A stretch of 62,533 nucleotides of DNA, counting the filler, from Dugesia japonica (lineage: Eukaryota): NCBI GenBank assembly GCA_001938525.1. It is 5 parts of 5 records of this genome, joined end to end, with 100 filler letters (N's around TTAATTAATTAA, not from the genome) between each part and the next. Parts side by side here need not be neighbours in the genome. Positions count along the whole stretch, not along the records: positions 35,052 to 44,774 come from MQRL01639326.1; positions 44,875 to 62,533 come from MQRL01578733.1; 3 more parts are not named here. One strand, written 5' to 3'. Positions within the stretch are counted from its first letter, which is position 1. Each line of letters starts with the position of its first letter. Shown here in pieces: positions 38,704 through 50,818 of the stretch. Position numbers and translations under genes: made by a program. Below the pieces are notes generated by a model. That model was not told where the DNA came from. It did no database searches and saw only the letters and a list, made by a program, of their open reading frames with translations.

Positions 38704-39209
38704 AATAAAATTTAAGATTTTATTGCATAATTTTGTAGAATTTTTAGAATTCTCAAATAAATTATTCCTAGCAAGAGAGACTGTTTTGGCAATTTGCATT
38801 TAAAAATTCGTCTACGCATTTATTTAGGAATACATCATATATTAAAAGAATTGTATTTTGTTTAGTTTGGTATTTAATTTTCAAGATTATTCTGCATCGT
38901 TTCCAGATTACAAAAATAACCAATTTTAATAGATATGTATAATTTCAGAATTCATCTAATGTCTATTTTAAATCAGGTAATTTTTTTTTTGATTATTTAA
39001 CAATTTACACAAATAAATATTTCAGATCTTACCGTTTATAAAATCTTGATTTATCAATTCTAATTAACTTGGTGATAATATCAATAAATAAAATGAAATA
39101 ATTTTAAATTAAAAATGATTAATTGCAATTTTAATTAAGTTGGTGATAATATCAATAAATAAAATGAATTATAAATTAAAAATTATTAATTTCAAAATGT
39201 AATATTAAC

Positions 39210-39758
39210 TTGATTTCTCAATCGTTTGTTATCTTCTTCCGATTTATGATTTCTTTGAAGAAGTGATGATATTTCTTGATTTAATGAAGATATTTCACTA
39301 CGAAGCAATTTGTTTTCAATAATCGGATTGCTATCCATATTTATATTAATAATGTCCTCTGATTTAATATAATCATCATTAACTGTTTTATATCCACTTG
39401 AGCATTTATCAGAATATGAATCCCCATTATTAGGTGAAAATATATCAGAACGACTACGCGGTAAATCAGAATTATTTCGAAACTGGAATAGATTTTCATC
39501 TTTTCTATCGACTACTAAAGGTTTATTAGTTGTTTTTTTCAATGGTAAAGATCGAATAGAATCAGAAGTATTATAAACATCTGTAGAATACTGGCTTAAT
39601 TTATCATACTCTTTGATAACAATTGGATCGGTTTTTCTATTATATTGTGGTCGCTTATCCAGACTATCTTGACTTTTGTTGAGTGCTTGAGCTGCCGAAT
39701 TATCAAGATTATTAAGGAAATTTTCAGCTTTTCCAGCTAAATCACTTATCCAAGACAT
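39210..39758 (-). CDS. GOLGA5: Golgin-84 (GOLGA5) first coding exon
   Basis: MSWISDLAGKAENFLNNLD is the golgin-84 N-terminal motif; ENKLLRSEISSLNQEISSLLQR starts the coiled coil; GT donor after RNQ. Confidence 0.85.
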
Positions 39759-40776
39759 TTATCAATCTATATGTTAATTATTTCATCAATCTATTATAAA
39801 ATTTAAATTATTTTAATTGACAAAGTTGTATTTGTATACTAATGAAAATGAATATTTAAACAATCGAAACATACTTACTTTTTTCACAATTGAAATTATT
39901 ACTAGGATAATTGTTGGACGTAACCATTGATCATTTTTTAGAATTCCTTAAAATAAAAGCTTCGATCAAATTTTTTTTAGTTTTTGATGACAATTCTATA
40001 TTCTGACATTTTTTACTTTATAATTGTTTTATACTTTTTTTATTTAAATACTTACTTTTTATATAATTCCAAAAACATTCTAATTTCATTCTCAGAAATT
40101 ATTCGATAAAATTCAAAGAATTTAAAATTAAAGTTGAGTTTTTTATATTGTAATAATAAAAATTAAAATTATCTTAATCTTTAATATCTTATACCTTAAC
40201 TAAGATTTTCAATTGTCATTCCATTTTGATTGAAGTTATGTAAGTAACTAAATGTTTTAATTTCCAGAGTTAGTGTACACTCCCGTAATTTTTAATTAGT
40301 TATTTCTATATTCAAAAGCAACTTTGACATAGTTTTTCGAGAAAAAATTGAAAATTCAATTTGCTTATTCACCGTCATTAAAAAAGTTAAATTAAATTTT
40401 AAAAATCTAAATGTATAAATATTTATAAAGTTTTGTAGTGATAATTATGGTAACGGAAAATATTTATTTGCCATTCATGCAAATTATTGCATGTTTTATA
40501 TTTAATGCATAAAGTGGCATGTTTTTGATTTTTTTAAAAAATTGGTTAAAGGCTTTCAGATCTTTGAACTTTTAATAGTAAAAATCAAGTTTCCACTTCG
40601 TGTTAAATCAGTGTTCCTAAAACTTTTTTGGACTACGGATACCTTTTTGAAGATTTGAAATTTTCATAGACTGCTTACTATATTTGTAGCTTTTATCAAC
40701 CAAAGATACGTATTTAATACATAAAAATTTTAATTAATTAAATGTTTAAGTTTTCTATTTTCGTGATTGTTTATGT

Positions 40777-40977
40777 TTTCATTAAAATAAGATAAGGCTT
40801 CGATCAAAACAAAACAAAATTTATTTGTAAAAAACGTTCAAATTTTCGACAAAGAAGACTATTGTCGAAAATTTGAACGTTTTTTACAAATAGATTTTGT
40901 TTTGTTTTGATCGAAGCCTTATCTTATTTTAATGAAATCTCAAATCCGATCAATGGTTAAGTCCAACAATTATTCTC
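40777..40977. mobile_element. Hairpin element from the PLE family A terminus (76-bp arms, 9-nt loop, plus tail)
   Basis: 40777-40852 inverted against 40862-40937, one mismatch; arm similar to 6595-6672. Confidence 0.85.
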
Positions 40978-41271
40978 ACAATAATTGTAATTATAAAATT
41001 GTTTATGTTGTTTAATAATAAAACATTTATGGATGGTATGCTTAAGTTGGTGACTCACATGTTTTTTATTAATATCAAATTATAAACGTCAATGATGCTT
41101 AATTTGGTTTCAAAGTAGGGTATAATAATCTTAACTTTAAATGCAAAAAATGGAAACAAAATTTTTAAAAAACTAAATTTATAAAAAGTGAATTTTATTA
41201 TATAAAAACTCTAAAAATAACGGTTATCATTTTAAATAAATAGTTCACAACCATTTTTTTAAAATATTCAT

Positions 41272-41312
41272 TTGCGACCAATTTCGACGGAATAACCGTC
41301 ATCATCAGGCAA
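41272..41312 (-). ncRNA. Minimal type-I hammerhead ribozyme, intact core
   Basis: UUGC-CUGAUGA-U-GACGG/UUAUU/CCGUC-GAAA-UUG-GUC-GCAA: stems I and II pair perfectly, GUC cleavage triplet. Confidence 0.88.
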
Positions 41313-42430
41313 TTAAAGAATATTAAAAAAACTTTTTACAAAGTTGAAATGATTATATAATTTCAATTGTACAATCTCAATAAAAAATTCAATAAAATAA
41401 TTTTAAGATCGATGTTGAGCGATATTTTTCTGTTAAACCTTTAGTTTATAAACGTTATGTCGATGACATTTTGAAAATCTCTCTCAAGTACATCCATTTT
41501 TGGAGTATATGAATAACTTGCATCCAAATATAGGCTTTATAGTTGAAGAAGAGATCAATTCAACTATTCCTTTTCTTGATTTGCTTTTTGAAAGAAAGAA
41601 TACTTCAGTTGAAACAGAGATATATAGAAAGAAAACTGATAACGGTTTGTTTACAAATCCTGCCAGTTTTTGTGACATAAAGTATAAAAGTAATATGATT
41701 AAAGAACTAATTCATCGTTATTGGTCTCTCTCTTCTACTTTTATCAAAGTAGACAAGAGTCTAAAAATTATTTGACTAACTTCATAATAATGGGTATTCT
41801 AAATTGTTTACGACAAATTAGTTTATGAAACTTTGAATAAACTTAATAGTGACTTGTCACGTGTTGATGTATCTGAGAATGTAGAAACATATCCTAAAAT
41901 TGTTTTATCTTTATCTTATTTTGAAGGCTTAAAAAAATTCAAACTTTCGATTGAAAATTCCTTTAAGACGATTTTAAATATAAAGGTGGTTTCTCGATCT
42001 CATAAGGTTATAAATATGTTCAATAATAAATCTGTAACCCCTTTAGACTTGTGCTCTGATTTGGTCTATCAATTTTAATGTAATGGGTGTAAAGCCACAT
42101 ACATTAAAGAGACTTCTCATCATCTTTGCACCAGAGTTCAAGAGCATAGTCGAAATAGTGGTAATAGTAATATTGTTCGGCATCGAAGAAAATGTAGAAA
42201 ATCAATAGGGTGTTCAGATTTTAAAATTCTGTGCAGTGGATTTAATAATTATTAAGAGAGAGTGATGTGTGAAGCTTTGTAGATAAGGGCATTAAATTCT
42301 AAAATTAATGTTCAGTTGACGGATTCAACATCTTTCTTAAAATCATTTTATTGAATTTTATATTGAGATTACACATTTGAAATTATATAATCATTTAAAC
42401 TTTGAAAAATGTTTTTGTAATATTCTTTAA

Positions 42431-42471
42431 TTGCCTGACGATGATGGTTATTCAGTCGAAATTGGTTGCAA
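42431..42471 (+). ncRNA. Minimal hammerhead ribozyme, second copy with a weakened stem II
   Basis: UUGC-CUGACGA-U-GAUGG/UUAUU/CAGUC-GAAA-UUG-GUU-GCAA. Confidence 0.75.
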
Positions 42472-43017
42472 ATAAATATTTTAAAAAATGGTTGTCAATT
42501 ATTTATTTATTATAAAACATTAAAAATTTAATGTCATGAATGTATCTGATGAGATTCTATGAAGTTTTTGATTCTAGGTTTGATTTTTGCTAATAAAAGT
42601 GTTAAATTTTGACTATCAGATATTTGAAATCTATTTTTTTTGTTATTTAAAAGGTCCATAACCGTCGTTAAACTTATTTCAACTAAATACGATGAAGGAA
42701 ATGAGATTAAAAGATTTTTTACTATGCTCCATAATTCGGGACCGGTCTTTGAAATATTTTCTTGTTACCAGAAATGTTGATATCCATTTTGAATTTTAAT
42801 TTCAACTCAAAATTGGTGAGGAGCTCTATTAGTTCTTCTTGTATTTTAAAAGATTTTTCAGTTTTTACATGGGTCTAAAACCCAATCAGGTATTTTAATT
42901 TTAAAATATCCACAAATTGACAATTTAAATCAGAATATAAAAGATCAAGATGATTACATTAAGGGCTTCCCAGTTTTAGCAATCTATAACAATATGTTAT
43001 ATGATGCACGTAATCAA

Positions 43018-43890
43018 TCATAAATTGAAATGATCTAAATTCGAGCTTGATGTTTTAAAGTGTCCATTATATCGATATCTGCGTTGAAATGTTACCAACA
43101 AAAAGTTTGGTAATCGACGATCTCCAAAGATTTGTTCCTTATAAAACGTTGTACTATCTTTACTGATTGCATAAATTACAATTTCCTTGGTTCTTATTGG
43201 ATAAACAGCATTTTGCTTAGCAAGTCCTACTTGATGACCTCTTAGTACAGATGATTCAACTTGAACTCTTCTAACCATCAATTTTGCATCAAGCAATATA
43301 AATTTTGGTTCTTCAGTTACAGCTTCTAAATCCATTCTATTGGCTGCTCTCCTCAATCGAATGTGTACATTAACACCAGGAATAAGATACTTTGGTTGAT
43401 CCATGAAATCAAGTTGCAAAGAACCACATNNNNNNNNNNNNNNNNNNNNNNNNNNNNNNNNNNNNNNNNNNNNNNNNNNNNNNNNNNNNNNNNNNNNNNN
43501 NNNNNNNNNNNNNNNNNNNNNNNNNNNNNNNNNNNNNNNNNNNNNNNNNNNNNNNNNNNNNNNNNNNNNNNNNNNNNNNNNNNNNNNNNNNNNNNNNNNN
43601 NAAAGGACAACATCTTTAAACAGTGTATGAAACACATAGTTGCTCGGTACTACGTCAGATTTTTCACTCAAGTCTTTTTCAAATTTATCAACAACTCTTA
43701 CTTGTACATACAATAATGCATCATTCAAATCTAGATAATCAGTTTGTGATCCATTTATAAAAAACTCGACATCATTTCTACTTTCAGAAATTGAATTCAT
43801 TGGAAACACATCTTCAAATGATCCGTATTCGATATTACCTTGAGGAGTTGGACGATCAAAAATACACAATTCAGTTTTTCCGCAAATCAT
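43018..43890 (-). pseudogene. Polinton/adintovirus major capsid protein, lineage 2, 3'-truncated
   Basis: CGKTELCIFDRP..YLDLNDALLYV..HTLFKDV..DFMDQPKYLIPGV..SNLDHF. Confidence 0.9.
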
Positions 43891-44264
43891 TTTTCAAAAA
43901 TAGTTCCATAGCCATGAATTTGTTTGTTTATACTTGAATGCTTAGGCTTTATTCCAGCACTTTTGAGTTTAGATTCATTTGTAGTGTTGTCTTTTGACAT
44001 AATTTTCGTTACTTCTGGAGAAGCCATAAAATCCTTGAATTCTGTCATAGCATTTGTTTTGAGAGAAGGTAAAATATTTGCTTTATTATTTATTACACCA
44101 TGTGCTGTTTTCATTACGATTGCTCCAATACGTCTAAGAATAGGCAAAGCAAATCTACCAATTGTTTGCAACCATCCAAATCCAAATTTTTTTCCTACAA
44201 AGTATGGTAATTCTCTACCAGCTTGACTAGTACTATAAAGTTTAATAATATCGGGAGTAGACAT
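43887..44264 (-). CDS. Polinton core-like protein (Q-x-G..P-Y-F-x-G..G-x-G amphipathic type)
   Basis: SQAGRELPYFVG..GFGWLQTIGRFALPILRRIG; ATGA stop/start overlap with the capsid gene. Confidence 0.75.
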   Translation of the reverse strand: MSTPDIIKLYSTSQAGRELPYFVGKKFGFGWLQTIGRFALPILRRIGAIVMKTAHGVINNKANILPSLKTNAMTEFKDFMASPEVTKIMSKDNTTNESKLKSAGIKPKHSSINKQIHGYGTIFEK

Positions 44265-44271
44265 TTAGTTT

Positions 44272-44774
44272 TCAAAAATGTAAAGTTAAATGAGTTTTTG
44301 AGTCTTTAGTAAAGTTGATTAATTCTCCACTATCACTTTGGATACTGATTTCTATATTGTTTATACACAAAGTGGCAACTGGTAAATACATTGGATTCTT
44401 AATAATTGTCTGAGCTACTTGATCATCTTCATAATTCTTTAACCATACAGATTTTAACAAAGGAACATTAACATCACCAACAATTATAGGTTCAACAATA
44501 TTACTATAGATGAACATTTGATGTGGATTAGTGATTAATTTTTGACATTTTCCAATAACGAAAATCGAAATGGTTCATTGCTTTTTATAGTAAGTGTTTT
44601 GAAAACAGATTTGCACATTTTTGTGATGAAACGACCAAATTGATCCAAATTCGATATGTAATATTCGTTTTGTAAAGACATGAATTTATTATTTTTCTAA
44701 TGAAAACACTTATTTCATTTTCACAACATCAATCGAATCATCGTTTTTAAAGTTTTGATATTGTATGGTAGAAT
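44272..44774 (-). pseudogene. Polinton minor capsid (penton) protein C-terminal part
   Basis: MFIYSNIVEPIIVGDVNVPLL..PMYLPV..IEISI..GELINF..LTLHF. Confidence 0.85.
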
Positions 44775-44874
44775 NNNNNNNNNNNNNNNNNNNNNNNNNN
44801 NNNNNNNNNNNNNNNNNNTTAATTAATTAANNNNNNNNNNNNNNNNNNNNNNNNNNNNNNNNNNNNNNNNNNNN
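44775..44874. other. Artificial assembly linker
   Basis: 44 N + TTAATTAATTAA (44819-44830) + 44 N. Confidence 0.95.
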
Positions 44875-46911
44875 TATAATAAATATTTTAAATAAAAAAT
44901 TATTTATTTTAATGACCATTAAAAATGAATTATAATTATTATTTAAATGCGCACTAAATATCTGGAATTAAAATTGCCATAACTAAAATACACCCGACCC
45001 TTGTAAAACGCGGGAGTTAGGTTCCTCAGAATTTGTGCTTAATGTAAATCGAGTTAGGCGAGACTAAGTTATTTTATAATTTACACATGATTTAAAAAGA
45101 ATGAAACATACATAAGAAATAGTTTTTTATCAACAAAAAATAACTAAGGTACATACCGGAATATGAAGTCAACTTGTCAATGTACACATACAATGTGAAA
45201 AAAATATTTATGTTCTTTATTGAAAGTTTTACTTAAATATATTTATCAAGATTAACTTTAAAATACCTCAATTTAAATCAGATAAAATTTTGTCAAATTG
45301 AAATAATTATCGAAAATTGATCACCATCAATTTTAGTAATGATGAAAAATGTACGAATGTTGATATATATTTTCTCAAAAATGTATGCATACCTTGATAA
45401 TAATCAATAAATTCTATTTTAGTTTGATGTCGTATAATTAGTTTAACTAAATATAATAATAAAAAAATTAAACCAAAAGAATTGTCAGAACTGCTTTACT
45501 TTTTTTGAACAAGTAAATTTAATTGACTATTTTTAATTAATACTTAATTAGCATTGAAAAATATACGCGCTTGTTAAAAACATTAGCTACCATTGTCCTT
45601 TTTTTGGGACGTTACATTTTTTTGAGAAAATTTGCTAGTTTTTAGCTCAATCTATATATAATATTGTTAAATGGAGAAAAAAATAATTTTAAAAAAACAA
45701 AAATATTAAGAGAAAAATAGATTTAAAAAGTTTGGGCAAATTATCCCTTATTCTTTGAAACATTTAAATACCAAAAATTATTTTAGAATTCTATTTAATA
45801 ATTAGTAGAAATTATGATTGCCTAGTTTAAGTGAAAATTGTTCTAAGTTAATAAAACTTTAAGGTAAATGTTTCAATTATATTTAGAAGTGTTTAAACAT
45901 AGAAAATCACGTGATCTTATTTTATTTTAAAGATTGATTTGTTTAGTCTCATCGTAAATATTAAGTGATGCGATCATGTGTACAATTAGTTGACAGTTTG
46001 CTTAAATTTAAAAGGTATGTGATTTGATACCGTAATTCAGTAAATGTAAATATGGATAACTTCGATATTTTTTATAAATCAAACAGGGAAATAATTAAAA
46101 GTTAGAAGTGATTTTAAATGAAAAAGAAAAGTGATATATTAAATTGAAAAGTTAAAACGTAGAACGTGGATCTTTTATGTTAATATGTGCTTGTGATTAT
46201 TAACCAGTCAAAAAACAGTAACTCTGAGTGTATGTATTTTGCAACAATATATAATTTGTCGATGTTATTGAGTTGTACTTGGATTTAATTTTATTGAAAA
46301 CTTCATTTTTGTATCCCAGTTTTTGTATTTTAATTGGACCTAATACGTTAGAATATTACTATCAATTGTATTTATGTCAAATTTATTAGATTAAATTAGT
46401 AATTATTTATTTCAATAAGACATTTAATAAACATGAATTTTATAAATTTATTGAAATAAAAAAAATTATTTATAAATAAAATTATTTAAACAAATGTCAG
46501 TCTATATAAAAATAAAAAGATGATTTATTAAAAATTATGTACACTATAAAATAAATTTCCTACAAAATAGATTTCCTATAAAAATTGATTAAATTATCTA
46601 TTTTATCATTACTCCAACATTTATACTATTGATCGAAATAAGAAATTATTAATCTTATCCTTTAAACAAACATACTAAAATATGAGTTTTCAGTTTCTAT
46701 GTTTAAAATATTCATAAATTTTAAGAAAAACATTTTTTGATTTAATTTTGAATCTGGTCCAAATACACTGTTTCTGCTCGTATTTCTAGGTCTTTGTAGA
46801 GCATTGGTGTTTAAAAATCCATCGCGATTTACAGTCAATTCCAAGGAGTTTAAAATATTTTGAAAATAATTTAATGCTTGTAAAAATTTAGTACAGAATA
46901 TCATTTTTGTA

Positions 46912-47385
46912 ACCGTATTTTTCGACATATAAGGCGAACTCCTATAAATTTTTTTTTCTGTAGAAAATCTACATATAAGGCGGAATTTATGAACATAAAA
47001 GAAAATTTTAAATTAAATAATAAAAAATCTTTGTATCATTCATTTATTCAAATCCATTGAAATTTTTGACTCCAAAATCTGAATAAAAAAATCGAGCTCT
47101 TTAATAAATAAATCATTTTCATTACATCCCAAGGCGTCATCAACATTAACATAAATAAATATCTCCTTGAATAAATCTAGTTTCCAATTTCACTTGCAAG
47201 TTCTGGCCAGTTTGGATTGCCATCTCGAAAGCTTTCTCTAGTTCTTTTAGTAGAACATTTAGTAGAACTTCTGAAGTAGATCATCCTCTTGACCTCTCCA
47301 TTTTCGAACCATGGATTCATTTATCCCAAACTCTTCANTGTGGCACGATTGCTATGCTCCTTTCCATATTTAATAACTTACAATT
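46912..47385 (-). mobile_element. pogo/Tigger-like transposon remnant
   Basis: CCGTATTTTTCGACATATAAGGCG terminus; minus strand VIKYGKEHSNRA..FGINESMVRKWR..FRDGNPNWPEL (Brinker-type HTH). Confidence 0.75.
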
Positions 47386-47408
47386 TAATTTCTACATTAT
47401 TCTTATAG

Positions 47409-47575
47409 AAAATCGATACCCTGGAATACTGATGCTGTGCGTGTTGCAATAACAGGTGAAACTATTTCCGTTCGTTATACTGAAAAACGATTGCTCAAAA
47501 CCTATCATCAATTACAACGGAAAACGTTTTTCGAAAAACAATATTGTGACATTTGTCATAAATTCGTTTTTATCG
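47409..47575 (+). CDS. raf: Raf kinase exon: end of RBD and start of C1 domain
   Basis: KSIPWNTD..GETISV..HQLQRKTFF..YCDICHKFVFIG; AG/GT boundaries. Confidence 0.9.
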
Positions 47576-47621
47576 GTTCGTTTTTTAAAAAAAAATTGAA
47601 TTTATATTTAATATTTCGTAG

Positions 47622-47754
47622 GAGTATCATGTAAAATATGTTGGGGAGCTTATCACGTCCGGTGTGTTGGAAAATCTAAATGTGTTGTTGGAGATGATGA
47701 AGTGTTTGCCACGAATTTCAGTGGAGAATCCAGCAGTGGTTATAACAACAAACT
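47622..47754 (+). CDS. raf: Raf kinase exon: rest of C1 domain
   Basis: VSCKICWGAYHVRC..C; 46-bp intron upstream, phases match. Confidence 0.9.
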
Positions 47755-47834
47755 GTATGAATTCTTATTCTTGTTTTATTCAATAATTATTAAATTGATT
47801 AATTAATTCTGTTTGTATGTAATTAATATTATAG

Positions 47835-48009
47835 GTTGAACAATAATTTCTATTTTAGTAATACCAGTCCTCTGTCTATGACACCATCATTATTGGCTCA
47901 ACGTCGTGAGAGATCATCTTCAACACCTAATGTTAGCAATAACATTATTACACAAGGTCTCAATCATGTTAATCCAAATAGTCCACAAAACTTTGATAGT
48001 AAACCAAAG
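47835..48009 (+). CDS. raf: Raf kinase exon: CR2
   Basis: RERSSSTPNV 14-3-3 site; phase-0 donor AAG|GTATTT. Confidence 0.92.
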
Positions 48010-49589
48010 GTATTTTGTCGATTCCGATATTTGTTCAAAGCTTGCCTTACTAGTATTTTGTTGTCTTTTTGTTGCGTTCTGTATGCACGTATTTTTGCTA
48101 GCACTTTCCGATTAAACCTGAATTTCATTATAATTTCTAAGCTTAAATTTTAATTAAACATGTTTGTTAAAAATCATTAGCTTAAATGATTGATTTTACG
48201 CTTAGTTAATTAAAACAAAATGAAAATTTCAATGAACAACTTTTCATTAAATATGTGCTCATATAGAATAATTACACATACTTAGAATGATGCCAAATAA
48301 TTATTGAAATTCGATAATTATCATGATTTAATCGATTAATAATATTTTATTGATTTCTTATATTTCATGAATTGTGAAAAAAAAAACTTTTTATGCATGT
48401 GGAAAATGTCACAATTTTGCTAACAAGTTGAACTGTAATAAAACTTTGGATGTATTAATTGGACAGCTAATTTTTCAGTCAAAATCATATTTCATTGATT
48501 TCAAATATAAAACACAATAGAGAATTTCGTGTTTCTACAGATTTGAGAGAAATTAGTTTTTTAAAATTATTATGCGATATTATTTTAAAAAGTGAAATAA
48601 AAAAGTTTTGTTTTTTTCTAGATTTTTAAAATTTTATTTTCATCTGGAATTTTATTTCAATTTATTCAGCCATAAATTCCTAAATAATACCCCAATTAGA
48701 ATTAATGTGATTTAAATTAATTTTGATTGGTTTTACAGTTTTCAAGTAAATCGAAAAAAATTACTATTAATTTTTGCAAGAAATAAATAAATGTTTTTAC
48801 CTAATACTTTCTTTTATTAAATGGAAATAGAAGTTTTATTTGTTTCAAATAGTAATGAGATTAATTACTAGAATTTCAGTTATCAAAGGTTAAAGCTTAT
48901 TGTCTTTTGATTTTCATAAAATAAAATATCCTTCGAGAAACAATAGAGTACTAGTTATTGGAAATTCTTTTAAAAAAAAGGAACATTCAAAACTTAATTT
49001 TACAAAAATTTAATTAGAAATATCTCACAGTTTAACAAACACATGAAAATTCATTTTAATAAATAAAGTAGGTTTTAATTTTAATGAAATATTTAAACAT
49101 TTAATTGGTTTATATTAAATAATAACAATTTTTCTTTGTTGATTTTCAAATATAAATTGAAAAAACAAATTTAAATTCAATTTAATCCATAATATAAATA
49201 ACTAANNNNNNNNNNNNNNNNNNNNNNNNNNNNNNNNNAAACTTTTCTTTGTTTTTATTAATTATCAGAATTTTTTAATTCACTGTTTAAATTAAATAAT
49301 AAAGAAAATTAAATATTTTAATCTATATTATTAGCAATAGTTAATTCCAATAGTAATAATTTGATATTTAAAAAAAAAACAATTTTTAAAATAATTTTAA
49401 GGTAAATCTAATTCTGAAAAATGAAAAAAAGTATTATTACAGTTCATCGTTCAATGTGTTATGCGTTAAGATTTCCCATTCTACTTCTAAATATTTACAT
49501 AAATTCAAGAATACCATTGATAATATTGAATAATATGTTATTTCCTAAAAAGTTATAAACAGAATTAACTTTGCTTTTATCATTAACAG

Positions 49590-50358
49590 AATTAGTCCAA
49601 CAATCAAATCACATCGCAAGAAACGTAGAAAGTTTTTCCCCATTTGTTTTAGTATTTCAAATTCATTGTGCTGTGTAAAGAAAACTTCTAAATCGTCTAA
49701 ACGTATTAACACAGTTTCACAACAATCTGAGAACAGTTTTGAGATTATTCCTCTTGAAAATGATACTCGATTAAGAACATATAGCGAAGAAACTACAATG
49801 ACAAATATTTCAGTTTTACCTAATACTGCTGAAGAAAACATTTCAAATATTGTAGAAGATAAAATTGTCAAAAGGTATAATTTCAAAAGGAGTCATTCTG
49901 CAGCGGTTAATTTTCATAGAGATTTTGAAAATAAAACTGCTTTGACTGTAAGTGAGGCATCATTTGAAGGAGATATGTCAATATGTGATTATTCCGAAGG
50001 CAGTCTTAAGTCTATAATGACTGAAATGGACAATATAACATTATCGAATTATGGTTCCAGTTATTTGAAACAAATTAAAGAAATTCCATTAGATTCTGAA
50101 GAAGAATCAACTCCTTGTTTATTGCCTAGCCAAAAATCAGCTCGTCGCACTATCAGTTGTAGAGAACCCCCAAAGATATTCATTGAAGATGATGAATTAT
50201 TAAAAAGTGTTGTTCAAATTAATCCTCCTCATTCTAGTAAAACAAATTTCTATTCTTCAAATATCGATCGACAGTTATCAGCACCAAATATGCGAATGAG
50301 AATTTCTCATTATCCTGAATATCAAAACTACCATTTTAGCAATTATCTAGGAATTTGT
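49590..50358 (+). CDS. Putative alternative Raf exon (long Ser/acidic-rich ORF)
   Basis: Frame open 49549-50439 in very AT-rich DNA; phase-0 donor TGT|GTACGT fits the next exon; 5' boundary uncertain. Confidence 0.55.
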
Positions 50359-50503
50359 GTACGTTTAAATAATGGAATTACAAATTGTTTTATGCAAATA
50401 TTGGTGTTGGGGGAATCTTATTTAAATTTAAAATGCTAATATTCTTTTAAATACTTTTTAAATGTTTCATGTATTATTTATCAATTAAGTATTTTTATTT
50501 TAG

Positions 50504-50558
50504 GATATGACAAAACATTCGACACACACCAATCATTTAACTCCATCAATATCATCAG
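50504..50558 (+). CDS. raf: Raf linker exon
   Basis: TTTTAG acceptor, DMTKHSTHTNHLTPSISS, G|GTTAAT donor; phases join 48009 to 53270. Confidence 0.75.
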
Positions 50559-50736
50559 GTTAATTTTTATTGTCAATTTATTTTATTTATTTATTTATTC
50601 TATCACACATTAATTTACTCAATAGGAACTATTTCAAATTACAAAATTATATATCTCCAAGACTATTCAACCGTTTTTTTCAATTAAAAAAAAACCAATA
50701 GTTCATTGTAAAGTTTTTTTTTATAATTCTTTTTAA

Positions 50737-50818
50737 ATATAAATTATAAATNNTAAATATAAATTATAAATATAAATTATAAATATAAATTATAAATATA
50801 AATTATAAATATAAATTA
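50737..50818. repeat. 13-bp tandem repeat AAATATAAATTAT
   Basis: About 6 copies. Confidence 0.9.

Larger units (their letters stand above)
41233..42510 (+). mobile_element. Penelope-like element family B with inverted pLTRs
   Basis: YKRYVDDI, LHPNIGF..IPFLD..IYRKKT, DLVYQF*CNGC; ~175-bp inverted repeat 41233-41408 vs 42335-42510. Confidence 0.93.

Noticed and set aside
37437-38799. Long ORFs (422 and 409 aa) on both strands
   Set aside because: By-products of a stop-free 30-bp satellite plus an N gap; no domain or splice support
39032-39070. Candidate small second exon of golgin-84 ending at a GTAAGA donor
   Set aside because: Acceptor and phase ambiguous; peptide not recognisable
40609-40640. 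Lone hAT-like TIR CAGTGTTCCTAAAACT (and a lone mariner-like TIR at 55543-55570)
   Set aside because: No matching second end or TSD found
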